Virus record (IMG/VR): IMGVR_UViG_3300022555_000019
From: an uncultured virus (IMG/VR IMGVR_UViG_3300022555_000019)
Taxonomy: Duplodnaviria; Heunggongvirae; Uroviricota; Caudoviricetes
Reading direction: 5' to 3' (one strand)
DNA: 64,000 bases
Within the stretch, counting starts at the first letter, position 1. Each line of letters opens with the position of its first letter. The notes below the pieces were generated by a model. That model was not told the origin of the DNA, did not search any database, and saw nothing but the letters and a program-made list of their open reading frames with translations. This document shows, piece by piece, positions 8,822 to 16,946 of the stretch. Both the position numbers and the translations under genes were made by a program.

Positions 8822-9181
8822 ATGAACCGTGAAAGACAAAAAGTATCAGTAGATTTAGGTCGGTTAACAATTGCCGAAGATTCAATCGAATCCCTTAAAG
8901 AAACAATCGCTCATTATGAAGAATTAGGTGCCGAAAAATATTACATTGGTGCAGAATGGGACCGATGCGGTGATTATGAAGGCAGCTACATTGAATTCTA
9001 TGGCTATCGGGACGAAACTGATGATGAATACAAAATCCGAATCGAAAGAGAAGAAGCTTATGAAAAGCAACGGATTGAAAACGAAAAAAAGGATGCTGAA
9101 GAAGCAATCAGAAGAAAAAATGAAAAGGATATGAAAGATTTGGAAACATATCTTAAATTGAAAGAAAAATTCGAAAAATAA
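8822..9181 (+). CDS. hypothetical protein
   Basis: 119 aa; preceded by AAAGGAG, one of very few SD-like sites. Confidence 0.75.
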   Translation: MNRERQKVSVDLGRLTIAEDSIESLKETIAHYEELGAEKYYIGAEWDRCGDYEGSYIEFYGYRDETDDEYKIRIEREEAYEKQRIENEKKDAEEAIRRKNEKDMKDLETYLKLKEKFEK

Positions 9182-9198
9182 AAATAAACTAAAAAAGA

Positions 9199-9234
9199 AA
9201 GGAGGTTGTTATGTCATAGATCAGATCGCCATAA
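9199..9234 (+). other. Strong SD plus two-codon minigene ATG-TCA-TAG (read-through gives MSxIRSP)
   Basis: AAGGAGG-TTGTT-ATG TCA TAG ATC AGA TCG CCA TAA. Confidence 0.5.
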
Positions 9235-9308
9235 AATGTGCTTCCATTAAAATAGAGCACAAAAAAATTCAAATAAAAAATTAAATTCAAACAAAAAAAA
9301 TTAAATAT

Positions 9309-9773
9309 ATGGAAGCAACAATTAAAAGTAGAGTTGAATACACTTATGATAAAGTGATCCTCGCAGCCAAAATTAATAGTACCATTGAAAACATTGAAAA
9401 ATGGATTGCCGCAAATGAATATCGTGTGATTGGAAAATTTCCGACAAAAGAACTCTTATCAGATCAACGGGTTGGAATTTATGCCGCTGCATGGTCAAAC
9501 ATTTCAAAGTCCAAGATGAAGGAAATTCAGAAAAGAATCATCTGGATTGAACGAAAAATGACACTCAGGAACGTCAATTCATTCTTAAATTTACTTTCCA
9601 AAATATTTGGATGTGATAAAGTTCAGGTCAAAATTTCCTACAAGGAAGAACAAATCCAAATCGCAAGAAAGCAATGGGTGAAAGCCAAAGAAGAAGCTGA
9701 AAGGTTACTCGCTGTGTACAAATTTCAAAAAGGCGATTTTTACAAGAAAACTGTAAATAATCTGACTAAGTAA
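9309..9773 (+). CDS. hypothetical protein
   Basis: 154 aa basic protein. Confidence 0.75.
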   Translation: MEATIKSRVEYTYDKVILAAKINSTIENIEKWIAANEYRVIGKFPTKELLSDQRVGIYAAAWSNISKSKMKEIQKRIIWIERKMTLRNVNSFLNLLSKIFGCDKVQVKISYKEEQIQIARKQWVKAKEEAERLLAVYKFQKGDFYKKTVNNLTK

Positions 9774-9804
9774 AAAATCGTGTGGGTGAAATTCCCACAC
9801 ATAC

Positions 9805-9941
9805 GGGGGATTGCAAGCTCTGAAAAGAAAAGTACGCCAGTAACACGTGAAATGCTGGCACAGGATACTCAGAAGAGAGGATGCAGACAAATTCTGTTGC
9901 AACAGAAGATTACGTTGGAGGTTCGATCCCTTCATCACCCA
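9805..9941 (+). ncRNA. tRNA-like RNA 1 (acceptor stem + T-arm, non-tRNA interior)
   Basis: GGGGGAT/ATCACCC-A (one mismatch); T-arm GGAGG-TTCGATC-CCTTC; internal hairpins GCCAGTA/TGCTGGC and TTCTGTTGCAACAGAA. Confidence 0.65.
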
Positions 9942-9952
9942 CAACAAAATAC

Positions 9953-10094
9953 GGGGTATTGCAACTCCAAGTTGAAGGTATGCTATAATAATTACGTAAT
10001 AAAAAGCAGAGAATAAAACAGCGGTGTGGTGCAACTCAGCCGAAGCCGTTGCGCAACGGTGGATGAGAGGGAGGTTCGAATCCTTCATACCTCA
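9953..10094 (+). ncRNA. tRNA-like RNA 2 (acceptor stem + T-arm, non-tRNA interior)
   Basis: GGGGTAT/ATACCTC-A; T-arm GGAGG-TTCGAAT-CCTTC; palindrome CCGTTGCGCAACGG; shares 5' ATACGGGGnATTGCAA with RNA 1. Confidence 0.65.
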
Positions 10095-10097
10095 CAT

Positions 10098-10171
10098 GAT
10101 TCTGTAGCTCAGTTGGTAGAGCAACTGTCCCTAAAATAGTTGGTCGTTGGGTTCGAGTCCCACCAGAATCT
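10098..10171 (+). tRNA. tRNA with CUA anticodon (amber suppressor candidate 1)
   Basis: Acceptor GATTCTG/CAGAATC; D-arm GCTC-AGTTGGTA-GAGC; anticodon arm ACTGT-CCCTAAA-ATAGT (CTA 10131-10133, C at position 33); T-loop TTCGAGT with one extra T in the T-stem; no encoded CCA. Confidence 0.8.
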
Positions 10172-10880
10172 CATTTTTTTTATAATATAATAACCATTTA
10201 GAAATAGATGCCCAAGAAACTCCGTACTTTTTAGCAACAGCATTTTGGCTTGTCGTACTTATTTCTTCGATGAGCTTTTTGTATGGCGGTCTTTCAACTT
10301 TTCTTTGAGATTTTGAATAACAATCAAAGCACATTTTTGATGAATGATATATAGGCTTTCCACATTCACAATCTTTTATTCGTTTTTCTTTCCGTTTTTC
10401 TTTTTTTTGTGCTGATGGCTTATTTTTACCAGAGAATGTCCCTGTTTGAGAATGACAATTTGGGCAAATAAAACATAAATTTACTAATCTATTATCGTTA
10501 TTTATACCATTTTTATGCTCAAGTTGTAATATTAATTTTTTTCCATTCCACATTCCATCATTTCCACAATTGCATTTATATTCCAATAGATTATCTTTTA
10601 TTAATTGTTTCTTTAAATATCCCCTCGAAACAGAAGAATTTTCAACAAGTAGTTCTTCAATCTTACGTTTTCTTCCAAAGTTAGCATATTTACCAAAATA
10701 ATTGTATACTGGAATAGGAATACCACGTCTTTTTAATTCGTTTTTTACTGTTTGAAAACTGCCTGTTGTAACAGAATTATATCCAACATATCTTACAATA
10801 TCACTGAAAGATTTAGAATTATTTATCAACTCTAATAAATCATCATTTGAAAATTTGGTAAGCTTATTTTTTCTTCCCAT
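10131..10880 (-). CDS. HNH homing endonuclease
   Basis: CNCGNDGMWNGKKLILQLEHKNGINNDNRLVNLCFICPNCHSQT; C-terminal zinc finger and HTH. ATG at 10880. Its TAG stop is the complement of the tRNA anticodon. Confidence 0.9.
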   Translation of the reverse strand: MGRKNKLTKFSNDDLLELINNSKSFSDIVRYVGYNSVTTGSFQTVKNELKRRGIPIPVYNYFGKYANFGRKRKIEELLVENSSVSRGYLKKQLIKDNLLEYKCNCGNDGMWNGKKLILQLEHKNGINNDNRLVNLCFICPNCHSQTGTFSGKNKPSAQKKEKRKEKRIKDCECGKPIYHSSKMCFDCYSKSQRKVERPPYKKLIEEISTTSQNAVAKKYGVSWASISKWLLYYKKNEILVGLEPNDQLF

Positions 10881-10987
10881 AAATTTTTTATTTGTATATA
10901 TAAATATATAAAACCGACAATTTATCAATATTTAAATCCATTATGGGTTCTATTTTTTTATTAGAAAATTATTCTTATATTTGCATC

Positions 10988-11056
10988 GATTCTGTCTGCT
11001 GGAATAGAAATAAAACTCTAAATTTTATAACGTGGGTTCGAGCCCCACCAGAATCA
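10988..11056 (+). tRNA. compact tRNA with CUA anticodon (amber suppressor candidate 2)
   Basis: Acceptor GATTCTG/CAGAATC-A; short D-arm TCTG-CTGGAA-TAGA; ATAAAA-CTCTAAA-TTTTAT (CTA 11018-11020); variable AAC; GTGGG-TTCGAGC-CCCAC; TATATTTG promoter at 10976-10983. Confidence 0.75.
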
Positions 11057-11072
11057 CAAAAATATAATAACT

Positions 11073-11720
11073 ATGATAACAATTGAAGAAGTTGTCAAAT
11101 CATTTCATGATAATCAAGTAATGGATTATAAGGAATGGTTAGCAAAAATAATTGAAGAAAATTCTGGTGCTGGTGGAAACACCGAAATTTTAAACTTTCT
11201 AAGAGTTTGGAAGCCTAAAATTGGAATCCTATGCGGGAGCTTCAACATGTTTCATAGCGGTCATATGAATATTCTGCTTAAAGCTGAAAAAATTTTCGAC
11301 AAAGTAATATTATGCGTTGGTATTAATCCAGAAAAACGTGTAGATTTTCCAACTGATGGTATCCCAAAAACACTTCACAAAACAAGGCAGGTCCTAACAT
11401 ATACAAGCACATTACCAGCTTTAATTGAGGGTTTCGGATATGATGTAACTCTTATTCGTGGGCTGAGAAACAGTACTGATCTTAAATATGAACTCAAACA
11501 ACTTCGTTACATGCAAGATTTCAAATCTGATATCAGTGTAATTAACATATGCTGTGATAGGGAGTTCGAACATATTGCATCTTCAGATATCAGAAATAAT
11601 ATTAGCGCATTTGGTACCTATCATCGTAGTCCTTATGAAAATAAAGATAACTGTGATGCCTTCAGAAAAAAAATTGCAGAAAAATATTTACCATTCCCAC
11701 TTTCAGAATATTCATTATGA
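11073..11720 (+). CDS. coaD: phosphopantetheine adenylyltransferase-like (CoaD)
   Basis: GSFNMFHSGH (HxGH), KIFDKVILCVGINPEK, LIRGLRNSTD, HIASSDIR. Confidence 0.8.
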   Translation: MITIEEVVKSFHDNQVMDYKEWLAKIIEENSGAGGNTEILNFLRVWKPKIGILCGSFNMFHSGHMNILLKAEKIFDKVILCVGINPEKRVDFPTDGIPKTLHKTRQVLTYTSTLPALIEGFGYDVTLIRGLRNSTDLKYELKQLRYMQDFKSDISVINICCDREFEHIASSDIRNNISAFGTYHRSPYENKDNCDAFRKKIAEKYLPFPLSEYSL

Positions 11721-12058
11721 AGCCAACTATAAGAATTTCACTTTTGGTTATTACTTTGATTAGTGCAACAATTGGAATATGCACAGCTTTTTCCAATCCA
11801 AAACTTTCATTAGAATTGTTTGTATTTGAATCCATGTTGTTAGTTATTTATTTTCTTCTATGGATCGAAGATAATGATAAGCTGAGGGTATATTCCCTTT
11901 TAACCATGGCAATAGTTGCAGTATTTGCTGTTGTATTACTTGTAATTGGGGTAATTAGCCAACATTATCTTCCAGAATTCAAAACAATGGCTGGATGGTT
12001 AGCAATATTTCAATTGGCTCTTGGTTCCGTTTATATAACTTCGTTTAAAAAAAGCTAA
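11717..12058 (+). CDS. four-TM membrane protein
   Basis: Four hydrophobic segments. Confidence 0.7.
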   Translation: MKPTIRISLLVITLISATIGICTAFSNPKLSLELFVFESMLLVIYFLLWIEDNDKLRVYSLLTMAIVAVFAVVLLVIGVISQHYLPEFKTMAGWLAIFQLALGSVYITSFKKS

Positions 12059-12059
12059 T

Positions 12060-12686
12060 ATGTCGAATGAATCTGTAATGTACTTAAAAAAAAGTATTTC
12101 AGAAGATCAGCTTTTTACCCTTATCAAAGAGATAAATGATAATTATTTTCTTGGACATTTTCAAATAATTAAATTAGATGGCGGGGTTCAAGTAAAAATT
12201 ATTTCTGAAACTCATAGTGATGATTCTTTTTATTTTGATATGAGTGGGTATGGGAAATCACCGTTCTTTCCAGACTTCAGTGAATCTGGTAAGGATTATG
12301 TTCCACAGCCATCAGAAATACCACCATTCCCATATGATGAAGTTAAAACTGATATATGTTCCCCACATAAGCAATCAAGCAATTTTATGTGGTTTGCTAA
12401 ATTTGTTTTTGAAAAGGCAATTTTGTACGATTATTGTTGTCAAGAATGGGCATATGATAGTGGAATCGGGTGGTATAAAATTAATATAGAACACTATTTA
12501 TCCCCATCAAAAAATAAAAATGAACTTCAGGAACAAATTAAAAAATTAAAAAAAAATCCAAATCAAAGCGGGTGGTTTTCTTATTGCTACAATATACCAA
12601 AAGAAACCAGAAAATTATTTTGCCTGAGTGAAGGGCCCAGCCAATGGGATATAAAAAGATTATTTGGACTTATTAAAAAACGTTAA
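12060..12686 (+). CDS. hypothetical protein
   Basis: 208 aa ORF. Confidence 0.7.
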   Translation: MSNESVMYLKKSISEDQLFTLIKEINDNYFLGHFQIIKLDGGVQVKIISETHSDDSFYFDMSGYGKSPFFPDFSESGKDYVPQPSEIPPFPYDEVKTDICSPHKQSSNFMWFAKFVFEKAILYDYCCQEWAYDSGIGWYKINIEHYLSPSKNKNELQEQIKKLKKNPNQSGWFSYCYNIPKETRKLFCLSEGPSQWDIKRLFGLIKKR

Positions 12687-12717
12687 AATATTACAAACAA
12701 CCTAAACAAACAAGCAT

Positions 12718-13518
12718 ATGAAACAGAAAATCTTATCATTTTTAGTGCTTTTCATGCTCTCAGTTGCATCATTTGCACAAAATGGCACTATGACCTATCC
12801 TTATACCGCAGATCGCCCAGGATACTCCAATTCACCTTATTTAGTTGGGCTTCATCAATTGGCTATAGAGTCTGGATTTGGGTGTAACTTAACTGAAACC
12901 CCAACATCTAAAACATTCTATAATCAAAATTTATTTCGGTATGGAATGTTTAAGCATCTTGAATTCCGTGCGCAGATTGATTTTGGTGCAACATCATCAG
13001 ATACAAGTTTTTATGGAGTTAAAACAATTAATCTTGGGTTTAAAATTCCTATTATACGAGGATATAAATATCTTCCAGATATTGGCATTTTGGGAACTGT
13101 GGCGTTACCAAAGGTTGGGAATTTATTGTATAGCTCATCAGATTATACACCAGCACTCACTTTACTTTTACAAAAAAACTTCAGCAATTTTTCTTTGGGC
13201 TGCAATGCTGGAGTATTTTGGGATAGCCACACAATATATGAAGATTCTCCATTTATAAACCCATATTCAACTGGTCATTATATACAAGGGTCATTTTCAT
13301 TAATTGCTTCATACGCAATACAAAATGTAAGTATTTTTGCTGAATCTTATGAATTTTACAGCGTAAAAACTAACCCATATATTGCATTTGATATGGGATT
13401 TGCGTATTCAATACTTCCAAAATTGCAGTTTGACATCTCAGTCGGGAGCAACTTAAAATTGGACAATTCTTTTGTAGCCATAGGTATTGCATGGCGCATA
13501 CCAAATAAATATCGCTAA
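12718..13518 (+). CDS. outer-membrane beta-barrel, MetA-pathway/'transporter' type
   Basis: Signal peptide ending SFA|Q; ADRPGYSNSPY; alternating beta strands; C-terminal GIAWRI. Confidence 0.7.
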   Translation: MKQKILSFLVLFMLSVASFAQNGTMTYPYTADRPGYSNSPYLVGLHQLAIESGFGCNLTETPTSKTFYNQNLFRYGMFKHLEFRAQIDFGATSSDTSFYGVKTINLGFKIPIIRGYKYLPDIGILGTVALPKVGNLLYSSSDYTPALTLLLQKNFSNFSLGCNAGVFWDSHTIYEDSPFINPYSTGHYIQGSFSLIASYAIQNVSIFAESYEFYSVKTNPYIAFDMGFAYSILPKLQFDISVGSNLKLDNSFVAIGIAWRIPNKYR

Positions 13519-13979
13519 ACACTTTCTCCTATAGAATACCTGTCATACAAATCCTTTGACAATTCTGGTAGATGATCTTTAATCTCCATTGCGTAAGTAA
13601 TTATTGCTTTTCTGCAAGCTGCAATATGTTTTGGATCACTACCACCATCATCTAATCGCAAAACAAAATATTCAGCATTATCATCAACTGGTTCGCCATC
13701 AGCTTTGGATATAATATATCTTTTGTGCAACCCGTTTGGATTTTCATCCTTTGATGGTAAATTCATAGAATTTTTAGCAAATGAAATTTTAATCAAATTT
13801 CCTTTGCTCATTTCATATAGCTCATCTATTTCTTTCTGAGTATAATTTTTACCAGTTGATATATTTAGATCATTTGTAGTTTTTTTCATATAATCCAAAT
13901 ATAATTCTTCAAATGATTTTAATTCTTGTCTACTCATCGAATTGAAAAATTCATCTACGTTTAATTTTAATGGCTTCAT
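13515..13979 (-). CDS. hypothetical protein
   Basis: 154 aa; YFVLRLD motif, function unknown. Confidence 0.7.
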   Translation of the reverse strand: MKPLKLNVDEFFNSMSRQELKSFEELYLDYMKKTTNDLNISTGKNYTQKEIDELYEMSKGNLIKISFAKNSMNLPSKDENPNGLHKRYIISKADGEPVDDNAEYFVLRLDDGGSDPKHIAACRKAIITYAMEIKDHLPELSKDLYDRYSIGESV

Positions 13980-13994
13980 AGTTTTTATTATTTT

Positions 13995-14768
13995 TTAAAT
14001 ACTAATTTCAAGTGCTATTAATAAATTCGTTATTTTATTATCAATAAACAAAAATGAATCAAATATATACACTGTAACTTCATCATCTGATCCAAAGCTT
14101 ATTGAATTAAAGAATTTTTTCGGAAATGTTAATGATGTATCATCAAAATCCATATCACAAATATCAAGGTCCCAATTATATTCACCAATTGATAATACTT
14201 TATTTTTTATGACAAGATTTAAGATTGGATTTTCTTCCTGAACTTCGATTTTAGATAGCTTCTTAATTTGATCAAAATTGGCTTTATTAAGCTGAAATTT
14301 GAAATTTTCATCACCAATTTTCACAATTTCTTTTATTCTATTTACATCAATATCAACGGTTAGTGCTCGACTATCCCCACCATTCAAATTCAGTTTTAAT
14401 TTTTTATTTTTAATACGTAAATTATCCACAAACGACTCCTCATTAACATAAAATTGACCACTTAAATCATCATCATAGTTCAAAAAGTTCCTCATCGTTG
14501 CTTCATATCTTTTACCATCCATGACAATATATCTTAATGTATCATCACCAATATCAGGCATATTTAAAATATCACCAATATCAAAAATAAAAGATTTAAA
14601 TGCAGTTACAATTCTCCGCTCACCAACCAATGAATATATAAGAAGGTTCTTTTTATCCATTCTTACATTGACTTGATTATCTTTATCAATACCCAACAAA
14701 TCCTTGATTTTTTCAAGGAATATATCCAATTGGGGCATGGTCATAGTAAAATCGTATGTTTTAGACAT
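13995..14768 (-). CDS. hypothetical protein, possibly DNA sliding-clamp fold
   Basis: 257 aa, acidic, repeated beta-alpha-beta pattern; functional call tentative. Confidence 0.4.
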   Translation of the reverse strand: MSKTYDFTMTMPQLDIFLEKIKDLLGIDKDNQVNVRMDKKNLLIYSLVGERRIVTAFKSFIFDIGDILNMPDIGDDTLRYIVMDGKRYEATMRNFLNYDDDLSGQFYVNEESFVDNLRIKNKKLKLNLNGGDSRALTVDIDVNRIKEIVKIGDENFKFQLNKANFDQIKKLSKIEVQEENPILNLVIKNKVLSIGEYNWDLDICDMDFDDTSLTFPKKFFNSISFGSDDEVTVYIFDSFLFIDNKITNLLIALEISI

Positions 14769-14788
14769 TAATTAGCATATTTTTTAAT

Positions 14789-14815
14789 TTATAGGAAAAA
14801 TATGCAAGAAAGTTT
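14789..14815 (-). promoter_or_regulatory. AAACTTT-N15-TATAA promoter candidate
   Basis: Same boxes and 15-nt spacer at 27443-27469 and 32405-32431; variant at 58951-58977. Confidence 0.6.
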
Positions 14816-14820
14816 AAAAA

Positions 14821-16929
14821 TTAACGTCTAAATTTTCCGAAAGGCATTCTGGTATTTGGACTTGAGTAAACCTTTTTATAAATTTCTGAGAAGTCATTTA
14901 TTTTGGCTGCACTTGGTGTACTTTCCGCAAAATCCTCAACATATTTTAATAGGTCACCTTCCAATTCATTGTTTATAAACATATCCACCATGTTCTTATA
15001 TCCTAAATTATCGAACACGGTTGATAAAATTACGGTTGTCATTACAACGTCATCATTCCCAGTTTCGGCTTTATAAGAAAAATTACCAGATATTGTCTCA
15101 TGTTTTGCAAACGACCCAATTTCATTTACGTTTGTGTCATTATGAATAAGAATCTTCTTTTTTTTGATTGCTTGTTGAAACTCCTTATCAATTATTAAAT
15201 GCTTATCTCTGGTTAACCTAAGCCCGATTCTATATTCTTCTTCAATTCCAGGTTTATAATTCGAATTTCTGTGCTTATATCTAAGAAAAACCGCACTGAA
15301 ATAATCGTTGTCATTATCAAATACATATGGTAAATGTGCTAAAAATTCAGAACCATAAGTATTGTATTCCAACACAATTTTTACTTTTTCAGCATCGAAC
15401 AGTTCAAATGCTACCATATAAAAAATATGTGCAAATTCCCTAATCGAATAAACATTGTTTCGATATAAGCCAATTTGCTCAAGTTTAAAGAGGTCATATA
15501 TTGTTTCGTAGTTTGCCTTATCTATTTCGTCACGATCTCTCAGAACGAGCCTGAATATGTTTAAAACGGTATAATCCTTGGCTAACCCTTCAGCTAAGTC
15601 AATACTCATAACAATATAGTAATCTTTGAGCTTATTTACATCAAAAAGTTCTGGGTGACCCTTTACCCATTTTAAAGAATTATATGGAATATTCAGTCTA
15701 TGATCTAAATTGTCAAATTGAACCCAATCGAAAGGATATACACGTTTTTTCATTCCATCCATTACATTCTTATCAAATAACAATCTATCACCAGTTACAA
15801 AGTATAATTCATATTCTTGCTTAAACTTATCCTCACTACTAATTAATTTTATTTCTTCTTCCCGCCAATTTGTGATCACAGCGATTTCTGGTAATGGAAC
15901 ACCAGACACTCTTAACCTTCTTATATTATCAATAAATGTTTTTTCATTTTCAGAATCATATTTAACACAATCCAGAATATCAATACCTTTATGCTTCTTA
16001 TAAAAAGTTAAACCACACACATCTCTCAATTCTCTAAGGGCACCAGACCTTGATAATCCATATTTTTTCAATTTTGAATCAACAAGCTTTATTTCTGTAT
16101 CTTCACGCCCCTGAACCTGATACCAATACACACGCATTGCCTTATATGGATTCTTAAGCGGATCACCCTCTTCTCGCTCAGCATTAATAAGTAAGTCATG
16201 AAACATATTGAAACCTTTGGGGGTTGATGTAATAATGATTCTTGAGTTGTGTACTGCTGATACAACTGGGACAACCGCAGCATAGTAATCTGCAACGTAA
16301 TTATCAGGAATGTGAGCAAACTCATCAAGATAAAGTAAGTCAATTGTAAAACCGATTGATGGGTCTTTTGTTCTATTTTCAGTTTGAATTCTGGAATTAT
16401 TTTCAAATGCTATCTGGGTTTCGTTCCAGTTTGTCGCCCCCTTTTTCAAATAGAAAGGTAATAATTTATAAATATCTTTAATCTTTTTGATAATTTCCTT
16501 TACGGTTTTACCCTTATTCGCAACGATCATACAACCTTTATCATCATTAAACAGCACAAAGTGAAGAATGACAATAGCTGCGGATACGGTCTTACCAGTC
16601 TGTCTGGATGCCATAAGAATTGATCTTGGGTTATTCATATAAAGATCAATTATATCCTTTTGGTAATCACGAAGAGTCATCGGTCCTACTGTACCATCTT
16701 CTCTTTTAATTTGACAATACCGTTCTGTGAAATATTTAATATCAAGTTTGCATTTAATATATTCATCAAGCTCAACATCAGTCATTGCAAATGTTAAATA
16801 CGGCTTTCTAACTTGCCTATTATTTTGAAACCACAATACTTCATGCCTTGATATTTTTTTACCTAAATTTTCTTTTTGTTGGATTTCATCGACAATCTTA
16901 CTGGTTAAGACATAATCTTCAACTGCCAT
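14821..16929 (-). CDS. terL: terminase large subunit (T4 gp17-like)
   Basis: LRDYQ, ASRQTGKT, LYLDEFAH, IITSTPKG, SIDLAEG, NDDVVM. Confidence 0.95.
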   Translation of the reverse strand: MAVEDYVLTSKIVDEIQQKENLGKKISRHEVLWFQNNRQVRKPYLTFAMTDVELDEYIKCKLDIKYFTERYCQIKREDGTVGPMTLRDYQKDIIDLYMNNPRSILMASRQTGKTVSAAIVILHFVLFNDDKGCMIVANKGKTVKEIIKKIKDIYKLLPFYLKKGATNWNETQIAFENNSRIQTENRTKDPSIGFTIDLLYLDEFAHIPDNYVADYYAAVVPVVSAVHNSRIIITSTPKGFNMFHDLLINAEREEGDPLKNPYKAMRVYWYQVQGREDTEIKLVDSKLKKYGLSRSGALRELRDVCGLTFYKKHKGIDILDCVKYDSENEKTFIDNIRRLRVSGVPLPEIAVITNWREEEIKLISSEDKFKQEYELYFVTGDRLLFDKNVMDGMKKRVYPFDWVQFDNLDHRLNIPYNSLKWVKGHPELFDVNKLKDYYIVMSIDLAEGLAKDYTVLNIFRLVLRDRDEIDKANYETIYDLFKLEQIGLYRNNVYSIREFAHIFYMVAFELFDAEKVKIVLEYNTYGSEFLAHLPYVFDNDNDYFSAVFLRYKHRNSNYKPGIEEEYRIGLRLTRDKHLIIDKEFQQAIKKKKILIHNDTNVNEIGSFAKHETISGNFSYKAETGNDDVVMTTVILSTVFDNLGYKNMVDMFINNELEGDLLKYVEDFAESTPSAAKINDFSEIYKKVYSSPNTRMPFGKFRR

Positions 16930-16946
16930 AAATTGGGATTAATTTT

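Noticed and set aside
9705..10088. Track ORFs 9705-10088 (-) and 9780-10016 (+)
   Set aside because: Overlap structured RNAs; atypical composition.
9805..10094. tmRNA
   Set aside because: Two separate ~140-nt units each with its own T-arm; no G3-U70 pair and no tag ORF recognised.
10131..10987. Group I intron splitting a tRNA
   Set aside because: Both flanking tRNAs are complete on their own and no intron core was recognised; the HNH gene looks free-standing.
10988..11056. Bona fide tRNA-Pyl / pyrrolysine system
   Set aside because: A73 instead of G73, canonical TTC loop, and no pyl genes in the window.
15860..16110. Intein in the terminase
   Set aside because: Apparent insertion lacks C/S start, HN-C/S/T end and endonuclease motifs.
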